This document shows positions 10,945 through 20,104 of a stretch of DNA of 64,000 nt, piece after piece. The first letter of the stretch is position 1. The number at the start of each line of letters is the position of its first letter. The notes under the pieces are model-generated. The model was not told where the DNA came from. It made no database searches and saw only the letters and a list, made by a program, of their open reading frames with translations. The stretch spans positions 490,350-554,349 of the forward strand of contig CAWKHG010000006.1 in NCBI GenBank assembly GCA_963849405.1, given 5' to 3'. This stretch comes from an uncultured Chloroflexia bacterium. Its GTDB lineage: Bacteria > Chloroflexota > Limnocylindria > Limnocylindrales > CSP1-4. A program made the translations under genes and the position numbers.

Positions 10945-11985
10945 TCACTCTTCGACCACGCCGAGCCTCGCCCGGACCGCGTCCACCGAGACGGGTTCGT
11001 CGTAGCGCCACTCGATGAGCCGGATGCCGGCCCGCAGGCAGGCGTCACGCTTGCGCTCGTCGAGCTCGCGGCGGTCGGCCAGCCCTGCCTCGCCGCCCCA
11101 GTGCTCGAGGGCAAGGTAGTGCTGCTCGCCCTGGTACTCGATGGCGACCTCGAGCGACGGGATGAGGATGTCGAGGGACTGGCGTGACCCGAGCCACGGC
11201 GGACGGGCCTGGCGAACGATCTCGACGTCGGGCAGGGCCGCCTCGACGCAGCGCACGAGGTGGACCTCGCTGACCAGTCCCTCGCCGCGCGCCGGGAGTC
11301 CGAGCTCGGCCCGGTAGCGAGCCTCCATCTCGACGAAGAACTCGGCCTGGTCGCCCTCGTCGAACCACTCCCCGGCGTCCGGGTGTGGAGCGACCTGCCC
11401 GCCGGGCATCGTGGTCGCGTCGTCCTGCCACCAGCCGGCCGGCGGTTCGGAGCCGAACCGCGCCACGAATTGTTCGTGCCACCAGGCCTGGCCGTCGCGC
11501 TCGACGATCGAGGCGATCCCGTCGCGGTGACGTGCGAAGAAGCTCGCACCGTCTGGTCGGGGTCCGCCCCGGGCCGCTTCACGGCGGGCGAGGTCGGCCG
11601 CGGGCGGACTCAGCTCGGATCCGGTCGCTTCCTGCGCGCGGCGCAGGCTTGCGGCCAGTGGGTCGAGCGCGGCGCGCCGGGCGTTCGGCGACGCCTCCTC
11701 CTCGTCCAGGCGCTCTTCGATGGCGGCGTGGGCCACGACGGCCGCAGCCACCCACCCGTCGAGTGCCGCTACCCGATCAGCGTGTGCCTCGGCGATCCAG
11801 GTCAGGTGCTCGCGGGCGCGCAGGTCCGCCACGTGGGCGTGGATCAGGTCGGCCGTCGCTCGCGGGTCCGCGGTGGCGACGAGCTGGGCGGCGAGCTCGG
11901 CCTCAGTGCGGTGGTCGCCGGCGTCGCACGCCTCGCGGATGGCCCGGTCGAGCCGATCGAAGGCCTGTCGTCGGGGATCGGCCAT
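10945..11985 (-). CDS. hypothetical protein with C-terminal DUF559/Vsr-like PD-(D/E)xK endonuclease-like domain
   Basis: C-terminal LDILIPSLEVAIEYQGEQHY...RDACLRAGIRLIEWRY resembles the DUF559 fold. N-terminal ~230 aa unassigned. Confidence 0.45.
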   Translation of the reverse strand: MADPRRQAFDRLDRAIREACDAGDHRTEAELAAQLVATADPRATADLIHAHVADLRAREHLTWIAEAHADRVAALDGWVAAAVVAHAAIEERLDEEEASPNARRAALDPLAASLRRAQEATGSELSPPAADLARREAARGGPRPDGASFFARHRDGIASIVERDGQAWWHEQFVARFGSEPPAGWWQDDATTMPGGQVAPHPDAGEWFDEGDQAEFFVEMEARYRAELGLPARGEGLVSEVHLVRCVEAALPDVEIVRQARPPWLGSRQSLDILIPSLEVAIEYQGEQHYLALEHWGGEAGLADRRELDERKRDACLRAGIRLIEWRYDEPVSVDAVRARLGVVEE

Positions 11986-12024
11986 CTACCTCGCGGGCAA
12001 CAAAACGCCCGAAGAAATCTGTTG

Positions 12025-12077
12025 ATCACTAGTTGTTCCTGCACATGTAAACACACGCAAGATCACTAGATGTTCGC
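12025..12077. promoter_or_regulatory. two 15-bp direct repeats GATCACTAG(T/A)TGTTC, 38 bp apart, inside a low-GC island in the divergent intergenic region between 10945..11985(-) and the metX-like gene(+)
   Basis: ttGATCACTAGTTGTTCc at 12025-12039 and aaGATCACTAGATGTTCg at 12063-12077. Local GC ~45% versus ~70% elsewhere in the window. Confidence 0.4.
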
Positions 12078-12199
12078 TAGACCCCTCCGGGCAAAAATGA
12101 CTATAGGCCACGCGGACGGGCCGCGTCCATACCGGAATTCGCGGCCCACATCGCAACGGCGTGTCAGCCCCCTGCCGGCACGTAGACAGCCCGCAGCGG

Positions 12200-12286
12200 C
12201 CGATCTCATCACCGGGCCCGGTGACCTGCCACGATGAGGGCCGCCCGGGCAACCGACCACGCCGGGCACTGAGCCGAGGAGCGCAC
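12200..12286 (+). ncRNA. candidate SAM-type riboswitch (SAM-I/IV-like core) in the 5' leader of the metX-like gene. Tentative.
   Basis: CUCAUC...GAUGAG P1-like pairing encloses a UCACCGGG/CCCGGUGA hairpin. Followed by the GCCCGGGCAACC element (compare the conserved GGCAACC of SAM-I/IV aptamers). Confidence 0.25.
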
Positions 12287-13316
12287 GTGGATTGGCCGAC
12301 GCACACCGGGATCTTCGCGGCGGGCGACACCCCGCTGGCCTCGGGCGAGGTGCTGCGGGACGCCCGGCTGTCCTGGAAGACCCACGGCACGCTCTCGCTG
12401 GCCCGCGACAACGTCGTCGCTCTACCCCTGCAGCTACTCCGCCCAGCACACGGACCTCGAGTGGCTGATCGGGCCGGACGGCGTGCTCGACCCGGCGCGC
12501 TGGTTCATCGTCATCCCCGACATGTTCGGCAACGGCCTGTCGTCGAGCCCGTCGAACACGCCGGACTACCCGTACCTCGTGACCATCCGCGGACAACGTC
12601 CGGCTCCAGCGCCGGCTCCTCACCGAGCATTTCGGCGTCGACCGGCTGGCCGGCGTCTACGGCTGGTCGATGGGCGCGCATCCAGGCCTATCACTGGGCG
12701 GCGCTGTTCCCCGACGCGGTCGAGCGGGCGATCGTGGTATGCGGCGGCGCCCGGACCGCCGATGCACAACCGGTCTTCCTCGCCGGCCTGATGGCGACGC
12801 TGGAGGCCGCGCCGGAGCACCTCGGCGGCGGCCGGTTCTCGGCCGAGCCGGCGGCGGCCAAGCGGGCGTTCGGGCGCATCTACGCGGGCTGGGCGCTGAG
12901 CCAGGACTTCTACCGGGCGGGGCTGCACCTGCACCGGCCGCCGCAACTGGGCGCGCCGGACCTCGACACGTTCATCCGGACGCGACTGGGAGGAGGCGTT
13001 CGAGCGCCGTCGGCCGCCAACCTCTACGCCCAGCTGCGCGACCTGGGAGACGGCCGACATCAGCGCCAACGCCCTCTATCGGCGGCGACCTGGAGCCGGG
13101 CACTGCGGCGCGATCCGCGCGCGCGTGCTGCTGATGCCCGGCGCGACCGACCTCTACTTCCGGGTCGCCGACAACGAGGCCGAGCTGCCCCACCTGCGCC
13201 ACGCCGAGCTGCGGCCGATCCCGAGCATCTGGGGCCACCGGGCCGGCAACCCGAAGGAGAACCCCGAGGACATCGCGTTCCTCCGGACGGTAGTCCGCAG
13301 GTGGATGGACCGCTAG
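12287..13316 (+). pseudogene. homoserine O-acetyltransferase family (MetX-like alpha/beta hydrolase), multiple frame shifts
   Basis: YSAQHTDLEWLIGPDGVLDPARWFIVIPDMFGNGLSSSPSN plus later VYGWSMGA...AIVVCGGARTA and C-terminal LLMPGATDLYF...WGHRAGNPKENPEDIAFL. Pieces spread over ORFs 12161.., 12483.., 13125.. Confidence 0.55.
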
Positions 13317-13397
13317 GCGTCCGACCAGGCGCGAGCGTCCGGCCCTTCCCGGCCAAGTCTGAGAACATCGGGCCATGACGTCCCCTCGGCGGTCCCG

Positions 13398-14297
13398 ATG
13401 ACGCGGCGCGGCCTGATCCTGTTCGGGCTCATGTCGGTCATCTGGGGCATCCCGTACCTGTTCATCCGCATCGCTGTCGACGAGATCTCGCCGGCCACGC
13501 TCGTCTTCGTGCGCACGCTGATCGGGGCGGCGATCCTCCTGCCGATCGCGCTCCTGCGGGTCGACCTCCGGCCGGTGCTCCGGCGCTGGCGCTGGCTCGT
13601 GGCGTTCGCCGCGGTCGAGATCGCCCTGCCGTGGTTCTTTCTGGCGTCCGCCGAGCAGCACATCTCGAGCTCGCTGGCCGGCCTCCTGATCGCCGGGGTC
13701 CCACTCGTCGGCACGGCAATCGCGCTCGCGACCGGGGGCGCCGATCGCCTGGGTCGGACCGCCGTGTTCGGGCTGCTCCTCGGGCTGGTCGGGGTGGTCG
13801 CGATCGTGGGCGTCGACTTCCAGGCCTCGGATGCGACGGCGTTCGTGCAGATCCTGCTCGTCGTGATCGGCTACGCCGTGGGCCCGGCCATCCTGGCGCG
13901 CCGGCTGGCCGACCTTCCCTCGATCGGGGTCATGGCCCTGTCACTGACGATGTCGGCCGTGGTCTATGCGCCGATCGCCATCGTCCAGTGGCCCACCGTC
14001 GTCCCCTCCCCCAATGCCCTCTTCGCGGTCGCGATCCTCGCGATCGTCTGCACGGCGCTGGCGTTCCAGCTCTTTGCCGCCCTGATCGCGGAGGTCGGTC
14101 CGGTCCGCGCGACGGTCATCACCTACATCAACCCGGCCGTGGCCGCGGTCCTCGGCGTGCTCGTGCTGCACGAGACGCTGACGGTGGCGATGGGCGTCGG
14201 GTTCGTGCTGGTGATCCTGGGGTCGGCGTTCGCGACGCGCCGGTCGCGCGGCGACGCCCCGGCGGCGGCTCCGGAGCCGAGCCTGACCGCGGGTTGA
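13398..14297 (+). CDS. DMT/EamA family transporter
   Basis: 10-TM profile, duplicated EamA-like halves. Intact 299 aa. Confidence 0.75.
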   Translation: MTRRGLILFGLMSVIWGIPYLFIRIAVDEISPATLVFVRTLIGAAILLPIALLRVDLRPVLRRWRWLVAFAAVEIALPWFFLASAEQHISSSLAGLLIAGVPLVGTAIALATGGADRLGRTAVFGLLLGLVGVVAIVGVDFQASDATAFVQILLVVIGYAVGPAILARRLADLPSIGVMALSLTMSAVVYAPIAIVQWPTVVPSPNALFAVAILAIVCTALAFQLFAALIAEVGPVRATVITYINPAVAAVLGVLVLHETLTVAMGVGFVLVILGSAFATRRSRGDAPAAAPEPSLTAG

Positions 14298-14320
14298 GCG
14301 CTGCCGCGGCACGATCTCGT

Positions 14321-14596
14321 TCAGTGCGTTCGCCGTCCGTGGTGTCGCCGCGATTGGCCCAGGTGCCAAAGGTCGCAGAAGGCGCAGTGGTAGGGCGAGA
14401 CCTGGCCGTCCGCGTGGCGGCCATGGCGAGCGAGCGATCGTGCCTCGGCGCGCGACACGTAGGCGGCCTTCGACCCGCAGCCACGCTCGCGAAGCGGGAA
14501 ATCGCGATCGATGAGGAGCCGGTACGCACCTTGAGTGGCACGAGTGGACGATGATCGCGTGAAACGGGTCAAGGACGGAGGGCAGCGTGACGACAC
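14321..14596 (-). CDS. small hypothetical protein with C-terminal Cys/His cluster (YHCAFCDLWHLG)
   Basis: 91-aa ORF. Possible Zn-binding motif. Overlaps divergently by 10 bp with the 14587 gene start. Confidence 0.3.
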   Translation of the reverse strand: MSSRCPPSLTRFTRSSSTRATQGAYRLLIDRDFPLRERGCGSKAAYVSRAEARSLARHGRHADGQVSPYHCAFCDLWHLGQSRRHHGRRTH

Positions 14597-15258
14597 CGGG
14601 CTACCAGTCGGGACAGGCCCTGGTCCTGCTGTGGGCCGGCGTGCTCGCGCCGGTGCTGTTCACCGGTGTCTACCTCGTGGCTGGAGCGACTCGGGCCGGG
14701 TACGACCCGCTCCGACACCAGGTGAGCCTGCTCAGCCTCGGCGACGGTGGCTGGGTCATGGTCGCGAACTTCCTGGCCACCGGGACGCTCCTCACCATGT
14801 TCGCCGTCGCGCTGCGAACGCGCCTCCGTGACGGCCCGGGCTCCCTTGCCGGACCGGTGGCGCTCGGGTTCGTGGGACTCGGGCTCATCCTCGCCGGGCT
14901 CTTCAGCACGCAGCCGCTCTTCGGCTATCCCCCAGGCACGCCCGAAGGGATGGCGACCGACGTCTCGCCGACGTCGGTGCTGCACGTCCTCGGCGCGTTC
15001 CTGCTCGTGTTCGGTCTCATCGCCGCGACGTTCGTCCTGGCCCGCCGCTTCCGGCGCGAGGGACGAGCTGGCTGGGCAATCGGTTCGGCCATCGTGGGCC
15101 TGGTCGTATTCGTGTTCTTCGGTGCATCCGGAGGCGGCCCGTCCGGCCAGCTGATGTTCCCGGCGATCAGTGGACTCCTGCAGCGGATCTCGTTGATCGC
15201 CGGGCTGGGTTGGGTGGCGGCCATCGCCCTGTCCGAGATCCGGTCTTCGAGGACGTGA
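14587..15258 (+). CDS. DUF998-family integral membrane protein
   Basis: 6 predicted TM helices. Sequence typical of DUF998. Confidence 0.6.
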   Translation: MTTPGYQSGQALVLLWAGVLAPVLFTGVYLVAGATRAGYDPLRHQVSLLSLGDGGWVMVANFLATGTLLTMFAVALRTRLRDGPGSLAGPVALGFVGLGLILAGLFSTQPLFGYPPGTPEGMATDVSPTSVLHVLGAFLLVFGLIAATFVLARRFRREGRAGWAIGSAIVGLVVFVFFGASGGGPSGQLMFPAISGLLQRISLIAGLGWVAAIALSEIRSSRT

Positions 15259-15261
15259 GGG

Positions 15262-15876
15262 ATGGCTGACCGCGTTCATGGGCGGCCACCCCCGCCAACG
15301 ACCTCGACGTTCGACGTCGCCTCCTGGGGCGACACGTCGTTCTCCGGGACACGTCATGAGGCCGTGCTCTTCGTCGGCACCGATCTCACCGATGTCGACG
15401 AGCGGGGAGCCTCGTTCACCAACTGCACGTTCCGAGATGTCCGGTTCAATGCCTCGACGCATACGGACGCCTCGTTCACCAACTGCACGTTCGTCATGTG
15501 CCGGTTCTTCGAGACCCGGTTCGTCCGGTGCAAGCTCGTCGGCAGCATGTTCGACCAATGCACGTACTCGCTTCTGATCGTCGAGGGCGGCGACTGGTCG
15601 CTCGTCGGCATGCCGGGAGCCGACCTGCGCAAGGCGTCGTTCACAGGCGTGAAGCTGCGCGAGGCGGATCTCACCGGGACCCGATTCGACAAGGCGACGA
15701 TCCGCGACGCCGACCTTTCGGGCGCCCTGCTCCACAAGGCGTCGTTCCATGGAGCCGACCTGCGGGGCAGCGACCTGTCCGCTGTGGATCCACTCAACGT
15801 GGATGTCCGTGACGCCCGGATCGACTACGACCAGGCAACGGTGATCGCTGAGTCGCTGGGACTCAAGGTCGGATAG
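15262..15876 (+). CDS. pentapeptide-repeat protein (MfpA/Qnr-like fold)
   Basis: Tandem A(D/N)LxG-type pentapeptides (ADLRKASFTGVKLREADLTGTRFDKATIRDADLSGALLHKASFHGADLRGSDLS). 204 aa. Confidence 0.7.
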   Translation: MADRVHGRPPPPTTSTFDVASWGDTSFSGTRHEAVLFVGTDLTDVDERGASFTNCTFRDVRFNASTHTDASFTNCTFVMCRFFETRFVRCKLVGSMFDQCTYSLLIVEGGDWSLVGMPGADLRKASFTGVKLREADLTGTRFDKATIRDADLSGALLHKASFHGADLRGSDLSAVDPLNVDVRDARIDYDQATVIAESLGLKVG

Positions 15877-15916
15877 CGTGCTCGTGTCGGATCACAGGGG
15901 CCGGTAGACTCGGGGC

Positions 15917-16735
15917 ATGTCCACGATCCGCATCGCGGTCGCATCGACGCCATTGACCGCGACGCTCGACGAAGCGGTACCGGCGGCCATCGCGGCCGTC
16001 GACGAGGCTGGCCGGCTCGGAGCGGAGATCGTCTGCCTGCCCGAGACCGGCCTGCCCGGCCACCGCGTCCAGGCGCGGTCCGTCCCGGACGTCTCGAGGG
16101 CCGAACTCGACGATGCCCTCGCGGAGGTCGCCCTCGCGGCGCGCGCGCGCCAGGGTCGTCACGATCGTCGGCACCGAACGGCCCGATGCCGGGTGGCCGC
16201 GAGATCGTCTCGGTCGTCATCGGCGCCGACGGGACGACGCTCGGCGAGCAGGTCAAGACCCAGATCGATCCCACCGAGGAGGCCGACTACGTGCCGGGAA
16301 CCGGCCGCCGGGTCTTCACGGCCGCGGGCGCGACGTTCGGCATCGCGATCTGCCACGAGGCGTTCCGCTACCCGGAGATCGCCCGCTCGCTCGTCCTCGC
16401 AGGGGCGCAGATCGTGTTCGTGCCCCACTTCGTGACGACCGATGACGGCTCCCTGCCCGCTCGCTGGTGCGACGCCCCGAACCCGTACAACGAGAAGGCG
16501 ATCCTGTGCCGGGCGCTCGAGAACACGGTCTACGTCGCCGCGTCCAACGTGGCCGGCCCGGACCAGGGCTCCCTCACCTGCATCATCGCCCCGGACGGGC
16601 GGCTGGTCGCGAGCCTGCCCTACGGGACGGTCGGCGTCGTCGGCGGCCGACATCGACCTCGACGCGGCCGACCGCCGGCTCGCCCTCCGCTGGGCACCCG
16701 AGCGCAACGCCCAGCCGGTCGGAGAGATGGCCTAG
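15917..16735 (+). pseudogene. carbon-nitrogen hydrolase (nitrilase superfamily), two frame shifts
   Basis: IAVAS...EIVCLPE (Glu), FGIAICHEAFRYPE (catalytic Cys). Pieces in ORFs 15917.., 16186.., 16442.. Confidence 0.6.
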
Positions 16736-17121
16736 GTTCGGCGAGGCCCGGCCGGGCGACGCTCGGCGGCGGCGTTCTCGGCCACCCGGATCCGGACGAT
16801 CCTCGTCACGAGCTCGGCCGGGATGGGCTGACCGGCCGGGAACCGGATCGTCCCCTTCCCCGCCAGGAACGGCGAGATCTCGTCCCCGAGGGCCTCCACG
16901 ACGGCCCCGCTGGCCGGGAACAGGCTGTAGTGGCGCTTGTACGCGTCGTAGGACACGAGGAACTGGTCGCCGTGGCTCCGGAACGCGGGCATGTTGTAGG
17001 CCAGGGACTCGGTCGCCTCGGGTGCGCCGGCCCGGATCGCCTTCCGCAGCACCTCCATGTCGGCGCGCCGCTCGTCCGGGAGCGTGGCCAGGTACTCGTC
17101 GACGGTGCTCGGTTGGGCCAT
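16732..17121 (-). CDS. DUF1801 (YdhG-like) domain protein
   Basis: MAQPSTVDEYLATLPDERRADMEVLRKAIRAGAPEATE... Confidence 0.65.
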   Translation of the reverse strand: MAQPSTVDEYLATLPDERRADMEVLRKAIRAGAPEATESLAYNMPAFRSHGDQFLVSYDAYKRHYSLFPASGAVVEALGDEISPFLAGKGTIRFPAGQPIPAELVTRIVRIRVAENAAAERRPAGPRRT

Positions 17122-17150
17122 GGCTGTCTCGGGCCGCCCTCAGCGGGCGA

Positions 17151-19215
17151 TCAGCCGACCCGGTCCTGTCCGGCCGGGACCGATGTGGCGGCCGGCGTCT
17201 CTTCCTCGGGGCCCTGGGCGAGCCGCAGCTCGGCGATGGACGTCGCCGGAGGTAGCGGCGCATCGTCAGGCGGTCCTTCGTCGCGAGGTCCCAGTGGCAG
17301 CGGCAGAGGCCCCGCGGGCATCCGGCGTGGGGCAGGCGCGGCGAGCGGAGCTCCGTGCTGATCCTGGCGACGAGGCGATCGTCGCCCCGGCAGATGTCGC
17401 AGCAACGAGCGCTCACGAGCTCGGCATCCCTGGCGATCGCCGCGACCCCGCGCAGCTCGGCCGCCACGCCGTCCCGGAAGATCGCGATGACCTCATCCGG
17501 TGGCTGGGCCGGCGAACCGGCGAACCGGTACAGGACGGCGGCCTCGTCGCGCCGCAGTCGGGACGCTTCGTCCCAGTCGCCCTCGTTGCGCGCCGTCCGG
17601 AACGCCCGATCGACGGTGTTCAGGTACAGCTTGCGCGCCGCGCTCACGACCTCCGCGGAGAGTCGCGCGACGGCGAGCTGCGCCATGCGTTCGGCCGGCG
17701 CGCCGGCGGCGGCGGCGTGCTGGAGCCAGCGATCCCGATCACGGGCCCAGCGAACCGAGGCCATGACCCGTCGGCGCTCGGCCTCGAAGACGAGCACGGC
17801 GGCTTCGGTCAGGTAGACCGCGGTCCCGTCGATGCGCTTCACGACGATCCGCTGGCGGCAGCGATCGCAGCGGCGGCTCGCGGTCGGCGCGGGATCCAGG
17901 AGCTTGGCGCAGTACGGGCAGTAGGCCGTAGGGGCGGCCGCCGGAACGGAGCGGGTCTTCCCCGCGGACCGCTTGCTTGCGGCGGATCCCGGCTTCGCCG
18001 CCGGTCGGGCCTTCGCCGCCGGTCGTGCCTTCGCCGCGGGCGGAGGCGGCGACACCCGGGCACTCGCCGGCTCGACGCGAGCCTCTGGTGCGGGCGGAAG
18101 CGCCGGTGCCACCCGGGCCGTGGTCGGCTCGACCCGGGCCTCGGTCGGCTCGGGCTTCGGCGCCGGTCGCGTCTTCGGGGCGGTAGCCCGCCTGGGGCGT
18201 TCGGTCGGGGCCGGACGTGGGGCCGTGGCTCGCCGTTCGGCCGAGGCGGACCCCGTTCGCTGTCGGGTCTCGCGTGCAGGCGCAGCCGGCGACGTGGCAG
18301 CGGAGCTCTCGGCCTGGGCCCTGGTGACGACGGGGCGGGTGCGCGGCACACGGCCCGGCGTCGCGGCCACGGTCGAAGTGGAGCGCTCCACCACGCGCCG
18401 GATCGCGGCATCGCGGACCGGCTTCGTGCGCACAAGCGATGCCAACTCTTCGTCGACCCGTTCCTCGTGGGGCTCCTGCTTGGCGAACACGTGCGCTGCC
18501 GGTGGCAGGCCCGGGGCCGCCGGGACTGCGCGCACGAGCACGGGGACCGGTTCAGGCGCAACTTCGGGCAGGCGCCAGGTGTCGTCGCCGACAGCGTCGC
18601 CGGCTCGAGCCATCACGCCGATCGGCTTGGCGGGTCCGGCCTCGTCCGGCTCGGCCATGACCGGGGTGAGCTTCGGCTCGCCATCGCCGGCGCTTGCGAG
18701 GCCGATCGGCTTCGCCGGGACGATGATGTGCTCGGCGACGACCGTCTCGGCTGCAACGACCACGATAGGGTCGGCTGGCGTCGGCGGCTCGGGAGCGGCC
18801 GGGACCTCGGCCGGCGGGGTCGCCGCGATGATCGTGGGCGGCGGAGAGTCGCCGAGATGATCGTGGGCGGGGTGGCTCCGATGATCGTCGGCTGGACCGG
18901 TCCGGTCTTCGGCAACACCGAGACGATGTCGGACACGCCGACCACGACGATGGGCGGCCGCGGACCGCCCGGCCATGGCCCCGGACCGACCACGATCGTG
19001 GAGGGATCGGGCGCGCCATCGGCGTCCTTCGCCTTGTCCCGGGCAGCCTTGTCCTTGGCCGCTGGGTCGCCATCCGATGGGAAGAGATCGCCGAGCCGGG
19101 CGGCAGTCCGCATCTGGGCGATCGCCCACTCGGCGTCGTCGATCTTTGGCTTTCCCCGCATGAATCCGCGCATCTTCGGCATGCTGTTCTCTCGTCGTGC
19201 CCTTTGGCGAGCCAC
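17151..19215 (-). pseudogene. large Cys-rich protein A: N-terminal domain, Pro/Ala-rich tandem-repeat linker, zinc-ribbon (CPYC...CDRC), helical region, C-terminal CCxxCR...PRLPHxGCPRGLCxC motif. Paralog of 20105..20881.
   Basis: N-terminus in ORF 18613..19215 (GTG at 19215; alternative ATG+RBS at 19182, MPKMRGFMRGKPKIDDAEW). Body in ORF 16583..19129 after a shift inside the PTII repeat (~18840-18900). Probable C-terminus in ORF 17151..17405, acidic tail as in the paralog. About 50% identity to gene B over ~210 aa. Confidence 0.5.
17990..18170 (-). repeat. in-frame tandem DNA repeats (18-bp unit x3 encoding AKARPAAKARPAAKP, plus ~58-bp repeat encoding EARVEP..ARV) inside gene A linker
   Basis: cttcgccgccggtcg(g/t)gc x3 at 17992-18047. 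cggctcgac(g/c)cg(a/g)gcctc(t/g)gt at ~18067 and ~18125. Confidence 0.6.
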
Positions 19216-19350
19216 AGTCCGCTCTGAATCCTTGGACGGGCAGATTACTCCCTACCTACCCAAACTCGTCCAGACCTCAACAGTTCCGTTGCATCTTGGC
19301 ACCGGGACCGGGCGAGGACAACGGGTTTGCACGCCCGGTGGTCGACTCCT

Positions 19351-19983
19351 TTAGAGGACGCCCCGCCCACGGGCCATCATCGCCGGCTGGAGCTCCGTGG
19401 CCGCGACGATGTGGCGACGGTTCAGGACCGCGAAACCGTATCGGGAGATCACGCGCCGGTCGGCGAGCGAGCGGGTGCGCACGTCGGTCATGGGGACCCA
19501 CATCGGATCGCGCGATTCGATGAACACGGAGAGCACCGCTTCGGGATTCAGGTGGACGGCCCCGGTCAGGGTGTGACCAGGCGTCACGACGATCAGATGG
19601 GAGGCCTGCTTCTGGCGGTACTCCATCCCGATCGAGTCCTTCTCGGCGACGTTGCTCATCTCGCAGATGAGCGTCACCTCGTCGGGGTTCACCCAGATGC
19701 TCGGCGACGTGACCTTGGTCGGGTCGCCGTTCCGCCGCAGGACGGTCACGTCTCGCAGCTTGATGAGTCCCTCGTGGTTGTTCACGAAGTCGGACAGCCG
19801 GCTGTGGTAGCCGAGGCTGACGGTCCCCGACAGCCGGAGGTGCTGGCCGACGAGCTCCAGGGGTACGCCCTCGGCGCGCTCAGCGGGCTGAGGGAGCGGG
19901 ACGGCGACGAGCCCGAGCGCTTCGAGGTGTGTCGCGGCATCGCCGTCGACGATCTCGTTCTCGGGGAGTTGCTCCTCGATCAT
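19351..19983 (-). CDS. hypothetical protein with internal duplication (two ~60-aa [LS]G[TA]V-L...SDF/SVF...V...TEL-type halves)
   Basis: 210-aa ORF. GGAG 7-8 nt upstream of ATG at 19983. Sits between the two Cys-rich paralogs on the same strand. Confidence 0.5.
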   Translation of the reverse strand: MIEEQLPENEIVDGDAATHLEALGLVAVPLPQPAERAEGVPLELVGQHLRLSGTVSLGYHSRLSDFVNNHEGLIKLRDVTVLRRNGDPTKVTSPSIWVNPDEVTLICEMSNVAEKDSIGMEYRQKQASHLIVVTPGHTLTGAVHLNPEAVLSVFIESRDPMWVPMTDVRTRSLADRRVISRYGFAVLNRRHIVAATELQPAMMARGRGVL

Positions 19984-20104
19984 GGTCTGGCTCCGTGGTG
20001 AGTGCGTGAGCAAGGCCGGGAGGTGTCCAACGGCCCGGAACGTGGGATCCGGACACCGCGCCTCCGGATTGTAGCCGGACTCGTCATCCGGCCCGGAACG
20101 TCCT

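Noticed and set aside
11990-12110. Low-GC island as a mobile-element or IS remnant
   Set aside because: There are no terminal inverted repeats, no target-site duplication and no transposase or integrase ORF nearby. The direct repeats fit an operator better than an IS end.
16583-17150. 3' extension of the 848-aa ORF across the DUF1801 gene
   Set aside because: Sequence after ~17230 is low-complexity Arg/Gly/Pro. The paralog ends with a short acidic tail, matched by ORF 17151..17405's C-terminus in another frame. So gene A most likely stops at 17151 after a frameshift.
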